From an uncultured Solirubrobacterales bacterium (lineage in GTDB: Bacteria; Actinomycetota; Thermoleophilia; Solirubrobacterales; 70-9): a stretch of 64,000 nt of DNA. Every line of letters starts with the position of its first letter. The stretch's first letter is position 1. The stretch spans positions 133,570-197,569 of the forward strand of contig CAWGQG010000002.1 in the NCBI GenBank assembly GCA_963824785.1, given 5' to 3'. The notes below the pieces were generated by a model. It did no database searches. It worked only from the letters and a program-made list of their open reading frames with translations, and was not told the origin of the DNA. A program made the position numbers and the translations under genes. This document shows, piece by piece, positions 1-11,284 of the stretch.

Positions 1-675
1 AACATGGGTTGTCCCGTGCGGAAGGTCTGCAAGACGGGCGCGGGGGCGGCGCTGCTCTCCCAGCCCGAGCTAGCGATCGAGCTGGCGCGGGCCGCCGCGG
101 AGGGCGCCGGACGCCCGGTGACGGTGAAGGTCCGATCCGGGCTCCAGCCGGGCGAGCGCCAGGGGTTCGACCTCGCGCTGCGGCTGGCCGAGGAGGCCGG
201 CGTGGCCGGGATCGGCTTCCATCCGCGCGCGGCGGCTACACAGCACAAGGGCAGGCCGGACTACGCGCTGGCCCGCGAGCTGGCCGAGTCGCTCGAGGTC
301 CCGATGATCATCAGCGGCGGGCTCGACACCGCCGAGGACGCGCGCCGCGCCTACGAGGAGTCCGGCGCCGACGCCGTCATGATCGCCCGTGGGTCGCTCG
401 GCAATCCGTGGATCTTCGAGGAGCTCACCGGTCGCCGGGACGTGCCCGCCGAGCGGGACGAGATCGTGGCCGAGCTGCTCTGGGTGATGGACCGGGCCGA
501 GGAGCACCTCGGGCCCGAGCGCGCGGCCCGCTACCTGCGGAAGTTCTACCCCTGGTACCTGGAGCGACTGGATGCCGACAAGGCCGCGACCGCTTCCTTC
601 CAGGAAAGTGAGACGCTGCCCGAGGCACGGGCCCTGGTCGAAGGCCTGCGGCAGGCCGACGCCGCAGCCGCATGA
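1..675 (+). CDS. dus: tRNA-dihydrouridine synthase, C-terminal part (5' end outside window)
   Basis: ORF 4..675 is open from base 1. Dus-family motifs present (GCPVRKV, IISGGL, MIARGSLGNPWIF). ATGA stop/start overlap with the next gene. Confidence 0.85.
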   Translation, partial: NMGCPVRKVCKTGAGAALLSQPELAIELARAAAEGAGRPVTVKVRSGLQPGERQGFDLALRLAEEAGVAGIGFHPRAAATQHKGRPDYALARELAESLEVPMIISGGLDTAEDARRAYEESGADAVMIARGSLGNPWIFEELTGRRDVPAERDEIVAELLWVMDRAEEHLGPERAARYLRKFYPWYLERLDADKAATASFQESETLPEARALVEGLRQADAAAA

Positions 676-1544
676 CCCCCGGCCTGACCGAGCGCGTGAT
701 CGCGTGGCGCGACCGCGGCGTCGGCGAGGACGTCGGCGGACGGACGATTCACGTCTTCCGCCGCGACGGTCGCGAGCCACTTCTGCTCCTGCTGCACGGC
801 TTTCCCTCGAGCTCCTACGACTGGCGGGCGCTACTGGAGCTCGAGACCGAGCACGCCGTGCTCGCCTTTGACTACCTCGGCTTCGGGCTCTCCGACAAGC
901 CGCGGGACGTCGATTACTCGCTCTCGCTCCAGGCGGACATCGCCGAGGAGCTTGTCGCGCGTCACGCAGCCGGGAGGCCCGTCTTCCTGGTGGGCCACGA
1001 CATCGGCACCTCGGTCGCGAACGAGCTGATGGCCCGCGACCTCGAGGGGTCGCTGGAGATGGAGGTCACCGGGGCGCTGCTCTTCAACGGCTCGATGATC
1101 CAGGGGGCCGCCAGCCCGACCCTGGCGCAGCGGCTGCTCCGAGGACGGCTCGGCCCGCTTGCCAGCAGGCTCTCCAGCGAGCGCTTCTTCCGGAAGCAGT
1201 TCGGCTCGATCTTCTCCTCCTCGCACCCGCTGAGCGACGAGGAGGCCGAGGACCAGTGGGCGCTGATCGCCCACGACGACGGCCAGCGGCTCGGGCACAA
1301 GCTGATCCGCTACATGGACGAGCGGGAGGAGAAGGCCGACCGCTGGCACGGCGCGATCCGCGACTGGCCGAAGCCGCTCCACCTCGCCTGGGGGATGAGC
1401 GACCCGGTCGCCACGCAACGGGTCCTGGCAGGGGTCCGCGAGCTGAGGCCGAATGCACCCCTCACCCAATTCGAGGAGCTCGGCCATTACCCGCAGATCG
1501 AGCGTCCAGCGTCGATCTTGAGGGCGCTGAACGCGGCGCTATAA
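672..1544 (+). CDS. alpha/beta-fold hydrolase
   Basis: 290-aa ORF with HGFPSSSYDW oxyanion region, a GHDIG nucleophile-elbow-like motif and a C-terminal GHYPQIE motif. Confidence 0.8.
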   Translation: MTPGLTERVIAWRDRGVGEDVGGRTIHVFRRDGREPLLLLLHGFPSSSYDWRALLELETEHAVLAFDYLGFGLSDKPRDVDYSLSLQADIAEELVARHAAGRPVFLVGHDIGTSVANELMARDLEGSLEMEVTGALLFNGSMIQGAASPTLAQRLLRGRLGPLASRLSSERFFRKQFGSIFSSSHPLSDEEAEDQWALIAHDDGQRLGHKLIRYMDEREEKADRWHGAIRDWPKPLHLAWGMSDPVATQRVLAGVRELRPNAPLTQFEELGHYPQIERPASILRALNAAL

Positions 1545-1659
1545 TGCCGCGCTTCGCCCGGGCCGTCGCAGTGATTTGAGCGTCGGTGCGGGCTCTTTTT
1601 CCGCTGATTTGCAGGGTTTTTCAGCGGATCCGGCAATACGAAGGAGAGGTAGCTCAGCC

Positions 1660-2139
1660 GTGACGCGCGAGACACTGGTCACCCCCGAGGGGCTCGAGAA
1701 GCTGAAGGAAGAGCTCCAGCACCTGGAGAGCGACAAGCGCCGCGAGGTCGCCGAGCGCATCAAGGAAGCGCGGGAGTTCGGCGACATCATGGAGAACTCC
1801 GAGTACGACGACGCCAAGAACGAGCAGGCGATGCTCGAGCAGCGGATCGCCCAGCTTCAGGACAAGCTTCGCCGCGCCGCCCTGATCGACGAGAAGCACG
1901 TGGACACCGAGTCTGTCGGCGTCGGCGCCGTGGTCCACGTCAAGGACCAGAAGTCGGGCAAGTCCCAGAAGTTCCAGATCGTCGGATCCGCCGAGGCCGA
2001 CCCCGTCGAGCACAAGCTCTCGAACGAGTCGCCGATCGGCAAGGCGCTGATCGGCAAGAAGAAGAACGAGGTCGTGCAGGTCGAGGTTCCGCGCGGGCCG
2101 AAGCGCAAGCTCAAGATCACCAAGATCGAGTCGGCGTAG
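1660..2139 (+). CDS. greA: transcription elongation factor GreA
   Basis: GreA coiled-coil and C-terminal domain (LEKLKEEL...REFGDIMENSEYDDAKNEQ...). In-frame GTG at 1660 is preceded by AAGGAGAGG at 1641-1649. The ORF-track start at 1576 is probably too far upstream. Confidence 0.9.
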   Translation: MTRETLVTPEGLEKLKEELQHLESDKRREVAERIKEAREFGDIMENSEYDDAKNEQAMLEQRIAQLQDKLRRAALIDEKHVDTESVGVGAVVHVKDQKSGKSQKFQIVGSAEADPVEHKLSNESPIGKALIGKKKNEVVQVEVPRGPKRKLKITKIESA

Positions 2140-2163
2140 CGCACGGGGCCGGCCGCCGGGGCT

Positions 2164-2214
2164 GCCTCAGAAAGCCCTCGGGGCGGGCGGCCCCCGAGGT
2201 CGCCTCAGAAAGCC
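2164..2214 (+). terminator. GC-rich hairpin after greA, flanked by a 13-nt direct repeat
   Basis: Stem CCTCGGGG (2176-2183) pairs with CCCCGAGG (2192-2199) around an 8-nt loop. GCCTCAGAAAGCC occurs at 2164-2176 and again at 2202-2214. No U-tract follows. Confidence 0.35.
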
Positions 2215-2284
2215 GCCCCACGCCCAGCCCTTTCTTCGGCGACCTCGGGACCCGCCTCGAGGGCGCGTAGCTAGGCTCCGCCGC

Positions 2285-3763
2285 ATGACTGACGAGCAGC
2301 AGCCTGAGCAGTCCACTTCGGATCTCGTTGCCGAGCGGCGGGCCAAGCTTGCGCGGATGCGCGAGGCGGGGATCGAGCCGTTCCCGCACGAGTTTCCGAA
2401 CCGGGACGAGATCGCTGCCGTCCGGGCGGCGCACGAGGGGATCGAGGCCGGCGCCGAGACCGACGACGGCCGCCGCATCGCCGGCCGCCTGACCGCGAAG
2501 CGGGGCCACGGCAAGGCCTCGTTCCTCGATCTCCGCGACGGCAGCGGCGCGATCCAGGTCCAGGCGCGGCTCGACGAGCTGGGGGACACCTACGAGGACC
2601 TGCTCTCCCTCGACCTCGGCGACATCGTCGGGATCGAGGGGAAGGTGTTCGCGTCGAAGCGGGGTGAGCTCACCGTGCGCGCCGAGAGCTGGCAGCTCCT
2701 CGCCAAGAGCCTGCGGCCTCCCCCGGAGAAGTTCCACGGCCTCGAGGACGTCGAGACCCGGTACCGCAAGCGGGAGCTCGACCTGATCGCCAACGAGGAG
2801 ACGCGCGATCGGTTCGCCGCCCGCGCAAAGACCATCGCCGCCACCCGGCGCTGGCTCGACGACCATGGCTTCGTCGAGGTCGAGACGCCGGTGCTCCAGC
2901 CCCTGTACGGAGGCGCACTCGCCCGGCCCTTCACCACCCATCACAACGCGCTGGACCGCGACCTCTACCTGCGGATCGCGACCGAGCTCTACCTGAAGCG
3001 CCTGATCGTCGGCGGGATCGACAGGGTCTACGAGCTCGGCAAGGACTTCCGCAACGAGGGCATCTCGCACAAGCACAACCCCGAGTTCACGATGCTCGAG
3101 TGGTACGAGGCGTACGCGGACTACGGGGACACGGCCCGCGGGCTCGAGGAGCTCGTCTCGAGCGTCGCCGAGGCGGTCCTCGGGACGACCAAGGTCGAGC
3201 GCGACGGCGAGACGATCGACCTGGCGCCGCCCTGGAAGCGGATCACGCTGCGCGATGCGATCAAGGAGGAGGCCGGTATCGACATCGCCGAGCATCCGAC
3301 CCGCGAGGAGCTCGCCAAGGCGATGGACTCCGAGGCCGACCCCAAGGAGGGGTGGGGCAAGCTCGTGGATGGTCTCCTTTCGAAGGCAGTGGAGCCGAAG
3401 CTGATCCAGCCGACCTTCATCACCGACTATCCGGTCGAGCTCTCCCCGTTCGCCAAGTCACATCGCGAGACGGAGGGCCTGGTCGAGCGCTGGGAGGCGT
3501 TCGTCGGCGGAATCGAGATCGCCAACTCCTTCACCGAGCTGAACGATCCCGACGAGCAGCGCCGCCGCTTCGAGCAGCAGCGCGAGGAGTCAGAGCGCGG
3601 CGACGAGGAGACGCAGCCCTACGACGAGGCCTTCATCGAGGCCCTCGAGGTCGGCATGCCTCCGACCGGCGGCGTCGGCCTCGGCATCGACCGCCTGGTG
3701 ATGATCCTGACCGGCGCGTCGAGCCTGCGCGAGGTCGTGCTGTTCCCCGCGATGCGGACCTGA
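2285..3763 (+). CDS. lysS: lysine--tRNA ligase, class II
   Basis: 492 aa with an N-terminal OB anticodon-binding domain and class II core motifs (FRNEGIS..HNPEFTMLEWY, GGVGLGIDRLVM). Confidence 0.95.
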   Translation: MTDEQQPEQSTSDLVAERRAKLARMREAGIEPFPHEFPNRDEIAAVRAAHEGIEAGAETDDGRRIAGRLTAKRGHGKASFLDLRDGSGAIQVQARLDELGDTYEDLLSLDLGDIVGIEGKVFASKRGELTVRAESWQLLAKSLRPPPEKFHGLEDVETRYRKRELDLIANEETRDRFAARAKTIAATRRWLDDHGFVEVETPVLQPLYGGALARPFTTHHNALDRDLYLRIATELYLKRLIVGGIDRVYELGKDFRNEGISHKHNPEFTMLEWYEAYADYGDTARGLEELVSSVAEAVLGTTKVERDGETIDLAPPWKRITLRDAIKEEAGIDIAEHPTREELAKAMDSEADPKEGWGKLVDGLLSKAVEPKLIQPTFITDYPVELSPFAKSHRETEGLVERWEAFVGGIEIANSFTELNDPDEQRRRFEQQREESERGDEETQPYDEAFIEALEVGMPPTGGVGLGIDRLVMILTGASSLREVVLFPAMRT

Positions 3764-3766
3764 CCG

Positions 3767-4267
3767 TTGCGGCCGGTGGCCGCCGTCGAAATCCGAGACG
3801 CGACGCCGGCCGACGCGGACGCCGTCTGGGCGATCCTCGAGGCGGTCGTCCGCGCCGGCGACACGTTCATGAACGACCCCGGCTCCAGCCGCGAGGAGGT
3901 GTTCGCCACCTGGGAGGGGCCGGCGACGCACAACTACGTCGCCGAGCTGGACGGCGAGATCGCCGGCGCCTACCTGTTGCGGCCGAACCAGGCCGGCCCC
4001 GGCTCGCACGTCGCGAACGCCTCGTTCGCCGTCGCGCCGCCGGCCCGGGGCCACGGCGTCGGCCGGGCGATGGGGGAGCACGCCCTCGACGAGGCGGGGC
4101 GGCTGGGGTTCCGCGCCATGCAGTTCAACGCCGTCGTCTCGACGAACGAGGGCGCGATCGCGCTGTGGAGGAGCCTCGGCTTCGAGGAGATCGGCCGCGT
4201 CCCGGAGGCGTTCCGGCTCGAGGGCGATCGCTACGTCGACACGCTGGTGATGTTCCGGAGGCTCTAG
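3767..4267 (+). CDS. GNAT family N-acetyltransferase
   Basis: 166 aa with a GNAT acetyl-CoA motif (RGHGVGRAMGEHALDEA, FNAVVSTNEGAIALWRSLGF). TTG/GTG start directly after lysS. Confidence 0.8.
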   Translation: MRPVAAVEIRDATPADADAVWAILEAVVRAGDTFMNDPGSSREEVFATWEGPATHNYVAELDGEIAGAYLLRPNQAGPGSHVANASFAVAPPARGHGVGRAMGEHALDEAGRLGFRAMQFNAVVSTNEGAIALWRSLGFEEIGRVPEAFRLEGDRYVDTLVMFRRL

Positions 4268-4270
4268 GGC

Positions 4271-5536
4271 TCAGCCGCAGCCGCGGAAGCTGAGCTTCCG
4301 GGTGCCGACGAGCCCGGCCCGGTCCGTGGCCGTCAGCCTCAGCACGTGCGGGCCGGGCTTCGAGCCCAGCTTGAACTTCACCGCAGACTGGTTGAGCCGT
4401 CGCAGCACGCGCTTGCCGTCGAGCGTCGCGACGAGCGTCTGGGTCGGCGAGTCGTCCGTCACCGACAGCCGCAGTTTGAGCGATCCATCGGCGCAGCCTC
4501 CCGGCAGGCCCTTCACGCCCAGCTTCGGTTTCAGGAACGAGAAACGGGCGATCACGTCGCGAATCACGTCGTTGGTGCGGATCTGCGTCGGGTCGCTGAA
4601 CCAATCGTGGGCGCCGCCGGTGATCCGGTAGAGCCGGACAGTCGCGTACGAAGCGCAGCCGTCGTACCCGAGCTCGTCGACCTGGCTCACGACCGGGCGC
4701 ACCACGAGGGAGGGCGTGCACCCGTTCAAGCGCCCCCACGCCGCCAGGGCCTCCGGCACGCTGTACTGCCAATAGGCCGCGCCGCCCCCGTCGTAGGGGT
4801 TGGTGCCGTCCGCGGTTCCGTGGAGGGCGAAGATCGGCAGCGGGCGGGCGGGTGCGCAGGTCGAGGGATCGGGAGTGGCGCCGCCGGCCGCCGGGGCCCC
4901 GGCCCGCAGGCCGGCGTCCGCGACGATCGCGGTGATGCGATCCGCCGCATCACAGGCCAGCGCGGAGGTCATCCGGGCCCCGCCGGAGTACCCGGTCGAG
5001 AACACCTTGGCGCGATCCTGGCAGGCGATCGCCTGAATCTTGCTGACGACGGCGAGCAGATACTTCACGTCGTCAGGGAAGCCACCCGGCGGCTCGGTGC
5101 CGTTGGGGGGAACGCCGGGTACTACCCAGGCAAATCCGGCTCCGGCGATCGCGCCACCGCTCGGCGCGGCGACGAGGAACCCGCCCGCGTCCGCGGTCGC
5201 TCGGAGGCCTGAGACGTCCATCTGCCCCGGGCCAGTGCCGCCGCTGCCGTGGAGGTTGAGCAACACGGGGAGGCTCTTGCGGCCGTTGTATCCATTCGGG
5301 ACGTAGAGCACGAATGGCCGAGAGCGTCCGTCCACCGTCAGCTGCACGGTCTGGTCTCCGGCGGGAAGCGGCCGGTTGCAGCTCGAGCCCTTCTTCTTCT
5401 TTTTCTTGGGCTTCTTCTTTGCCGGCGCGGCATCCGGTGAGGAGGATGCGAGTGCGGGCAGGCAGCCGAGGAGAAGCGCCACGACGGCCACGAGCGAAGC
5501 GACCGCGACCTTTCGAGCCATCCCCTGATTCGTCAT
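4271..5536 (-). CDS. secreted lipoprotein esterase, PHB-depolymerase/LpqC family
   Basis: ATG at 5536 gives MTNQGMARKVAVASLVAVVALLLGC (lipobox LLGC). HGSGG and GYSGGARM serine-esterase motifs. Extra C-terminal beta-rich domain. The ORF-track start at 5743 overlaps the upstream gene. Confidence 0.75.
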   Translation of the reverse strand: MTNQGMARKVAVASLVAVVALLLGCLPALASSSPDAAPAKKKPKKKKKKGSSCNRPLPAGDQTVQLTVDGRSRPFVLYVPNGYNGRKSLPVLLNLHGSGGTGPGQMDVSGLRATADAGGFLVAAPSGGAIAGAGFAWVVPGVPPNGTEPPGGFPDDVKYLLAVVSKIQAIACQDRAKVFSTGYSGGARMTSALACDAADRITAIVADAGLRAGAPAAGGATPDPSTCAPARPLPIFALHGTADGTNPYDGGGAAYWQYSVPEALAAWGRLNGCTPSLVVRPVVSQVDELGYDGCASYATVRLYRITGGAHDWFSDPTQIRTNDVIRDVIARFSFLKPKLGVKGLPGGCADGSLKLRLSVTDDSPTQTLVATLDGKRVLRRLNQSAVKFKLGSKPGPHVLRLTATDRAGLVGTRKLSFRGCG

Positions 5537-5538
5537 TC

Positions 5539-5820
5539 TCAGCCGCTGAGCCTCTCGTCCAGGTGGACCCGGACGGAGTCGCCGAGGCCCTTGCCGACTG
5601 CCCTCCGCAGCTCGGCCTTGACAGGCAGCATATGCGTTCCGTCCCCAAGCGCCATGAATGAGCTGCGGAACTCGTGGCCGTCGATCGTCCCTCGCACCTT
5701 GACGAGCCCCTTGGTCCCGAAGAACTCGGTGGACTCGGGCCACTTCACGCAGGTCCAGGCGCCCTTTGCCTCGCTGCTCTTGGTCAGGGTCGCCTCGAAC
5801 GTCTTGTCCAGCTTCGCCAT
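5539..5820 (-). CDS. DUF1905 domain protein
   Basis: 93 aa with a DUF1905-like pattern ([10 protein letters not shown]...[25 protein letters not shown]). Ends 2 nt before the esterase start, so probably an operon. Confidence 0.7.
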   Translation of the reverse strand: MAKLDKTFEATLTKSSEAKGAWTCVKWPESTEFFGTKGLVKVRGTIDGHEFRSSFMALGDGTHMLPVKAELRRAVGKGLGDSVRVHLDERLSG

Positions 5821-5942
5821 CTCGGCCTCCTTGGTTGCTCAGCTACAGAGACCGCCGCGCGGGGGCGATTCTCATCGCAACTGTGCACTTGTGGGGGCTA
5901 TAGCCCCCCTGATCGCACAGTTGTCGATCGTCGACAGGTTGG

Positions 5943-6506
5943 TCAGCCGGGGTAGGTGCCCGCGGTGGCCTGATCCGACTCGTCGTCGCCGGGCGCCCCG
6001 CCCGCGATCGGCGGCGACTCCTCACTGCCGCTGTTGAGTCCATCACCGCCATTGAGGTGGCGGATCAGCAGGTAGACCCCGACGAACGGGGCGATCACAA
6101 GCGCGACCGCCAGGAACACCGCCGGCCAGCTGACCACGACGCCGAGGCCGGCGGTGGTCCCGTTCTCGGAGGTCACGTAGATGGCCCACCCGATCCAGGC
6201 CAGCACCAGCAGCACCCCCAGGATCGCGGCGATTCCCATGGCCGGGCTGGACTTGAACTTCTCCTTGGCGGCGTTCCACGGAGGCGAGGTCTTCGCGGCG
6301 ACCGCGTCGCGGGCGCCCTTGGTCTTGGCGGCCACCGCACGCCCTCCGGACTTCGTCTGCGAGGCGACTCCGCCCCCCGCCCACTTGAAGCCTCCCGCCA
6401 CGGAGCTCGCCGCAGCGCGTGGCTTGGCCACCATCGCGCGCCCGGCGGACTTCGCCTTCTGGCCGGCGGAGGCGGCTCCGGACCGGATCTTCGGGAGCGG
6501 ATTCAC
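5943..6506 (-). CDS. hypothetical membrane protein (basic N-terminus, two TM helices, acidic C-terminus)
   Basis: 187-aa ORF with hydrophobic segments AILGVLLVLAWIGWAIYV and VVVSWPAVFLAVALVIAPFVGVYLLI. No family recognised. Confidence 0.5.
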   Translation of the reverse strand: MNPLPKIRSGAASAGQKAKSAGRAMVAKPRAAASSVAGGFKWAGGGVASQTKSGGRAVAAKTKGARDAVAAKTSPPWNAAKEKFKSSPAMGIAAILGVLLVLAWIGWAIYVTSENGTTAGLGVVVSWPAVFLAVALVIAPFVGVYLLIRHLNGGDGLNSGSEESPPIAGGAPGDDESDQATAGTYPG

Positions 6507-6817
6507 GCGCGCAAATTACCGCCCGCGGGAGGGAAAGTCCCCCACATACGGCGAACCTTCAGCAAATCCCGCGTATTGCAGGAACTTCGATTCAGGCCCC
6601 AGGCACCCGTCAGGGCCGAAAAGGGCCGTGGCTATACTGGCCCTCTCGCCGTCCCACTACTAACCGGAGGTCAGATCAAGGCATCGGCAGCCAGGAGCCG
6701 ATACGGATTAGGCCCCCGGCCAGTCTGCGACCTCGAAACACCTTCATCAGAACCCAACCAAGCGACCGCAACTAGACACTTCCGAGCCGATTGATAGACA
6801 CGAGAGCGATCGACTGA

Positions 6818-9409
<2,592 letters not shown>

Positions 9410-9506
9410 CTAGAAGCACGCTCCCCGACGCCTGAGGAAAAGATTGGGGGTGGGGTTAGGGGGGTTCCTCGATGTGCCCGGGGCCGTTCATGGCGAAGAT
9501 CGCGCC

Positions 9507-11280
9507 ATGAACAAAATCAAGAACACCGCACTCGCTCTGCCCCTGGCCATCGCCCTCCTCGCCGCGCCCGCCGCGCTCGCCGCGCCGGCCGACGGCGACC
9601 TCGACAAGTTCTTCGACGGTGACGGGCGCCTGATCACCGATCTCGGCGGCAGCCACGGCAACTTCGGGCCCAAGGCCGTGACCGACTCAAGTGGCCGCCT
9701 GGTGCTCGCCGGCGTCTTCGGCGGCAACATGGGCGTCGGCCGGTTCAACCCCGACGGGTCCCGCGACACGACGTTCGCCGGCGACGGCAACGTGGAGATC
9801 GACTCCGGCGCCACCAGTCGGCGGGGAGCGGGCGCATCGGCCGTTGTCATCCAGGACGACGGCAAGATCCTGATCGTCGGCAACGCGTCCATCGCGGCGA
9901 GCGGCGACACCTCCGACCTCGTCCTCGCGCGGCTGAACGAGAACGGGACCCTCGACAACACCTTCGACGGGCCCAGCGGGAACGGCAATGGCCTCTTCCG
10001 TCTCGACGTGAACGAGGCCGGCGAGGAAGCGCGCGACGTGCTGATCAGCGGGACGAAGATCGTCATCGGCGGGCATGCCGGCTCACCCCTCGCTCCGTTC
10101 GTTACCCGGCTGGAGTCGAACGGCACGGTTGACTCCGACGAATTCGCGACCGGCAGCGACGGTGTCCTCACCTGGACCTTCCCGGGCGGGCCCGAGCTCG
10201 TTCCTCACCTCGCTGGCTCTGCAGGTCGACGGGAAGATCATCGCCGCGGGCTCGCCGAACAGCGGCAGCAACGGCGTAAACGTCGCTCGGATCACCACCA
10301 GCGGCGCGCTCGACACGGAGACCTTCGGAAGCCCCAACGGCTACGTCCAGCTGCCCGCTCCGTCGCCGTACTTCAACCGGGACGCCCTCGACGTGCTGGT
10401 TGACGGTGATCAGAAGATCGTGGTGGCCGGCAACGCCAGCGGTATCAACGGCCTCCAGGACCCGTTCCTGACGCGTCTCACCAACACCGGTGCGGCCGAC
10501 GGGACCTTCGACGGCGACGGCTTCGCCGTGCTGCCGCTCGGCAACGACGGCGACACCTCGTCCGCGAGCAGCATCGTCCGCCAGCCCGACGGCAAGCTGC
10601 TGATCGCCGGGACGGTCGGGCCCACCAGCCCGGAGTTCGCCCTCAGCCAGTTCGTGGCTCGATTCACGAGCAGCGGCGCCGTCGACAACACGTTCAGCGC
10701 GGATGCCCCCGCGGGGGCGAGCGTGATCACCAACCCCGGCATCTCGACCACCGGCAGCTCGCTGGCGCTCTCAACGGACGGCATCGCGTACGTGGCGGGC
10801 CTGACCCAGACCGGGGACCCGAACCGGGTGGGGCTCGCCGCCGTCTGCGCCACGGTCCCGCCCGCCTGCCCCGTACCCGAGACGCCGATCGACCTGGCCG
10901 TCGCCCCCGCGAGCGGCGCGAACGACAACAACCCGCGCGTGCAGGGCCTGGTCCCCGACGGCGAGGAGCCCACCGGTGTGACCATCTACACCGATTCCGC
11001 CTGCACCGGCCCGATCGCGGGAACCGGAACCCAGGCTACCTTCGAGACGGACGGGATCTCGGTCACGGTGCCCGACAACAGCACTACGACCTTCTACGCC
11101 AGGGCCAATGGCGCTCACGGGGACTCCGGGTGCTCCTCCACCGGCGTCGCCTACACCGAGGTGACCCCGCCTCCCGCCGCCGTTGCGCCCACCCCGCCCG
11201 CGGCAAAGAAGAAGTGCAAGAAGGCCAAGAAGAAAGCTGCGCCGGTCAAGAAGAAGAAGTGCAAGAAGAAGCGGACGTAG
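9507..11280 (+). pseudogene. secreted delta-60 repeat protein with Lys/Cys-rich C-terminal tail; apparent frameshift near 10185-10200
   Basis: ATG at 9507 gives the signal peptide MNKIKNTALALPLAIALLAAPAALA. Repeated ...FDGDG...DGKI.v.G units run in the frame of ORF 9444..10403, then continue in the frame of ORF 10075..11280. The junction lies in the run CCCGGGCGGGCCC. Confidence 0.7.
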
Positions 11281-11284
11281 CCGG

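Noticed and set aside
2117-3295. 392-aa minus-strand ORF
   Set aside because: It is antisense to lysS, which is unambiguous.
6550-6556. ClgR-like half-site GGCGAAC
   Set aside because: There is no matching partner half-site at the required spacing.
6669-6685. CtsR-like direct repeat GGTCAGA-TCA-AGGCATC upstream of clpC
   Set aside because: There are four or more mismatches to the GGTCAAA-NAN-GGTCAAA consensus, the spacer is wrong, and there is no ctsR gene upstream.
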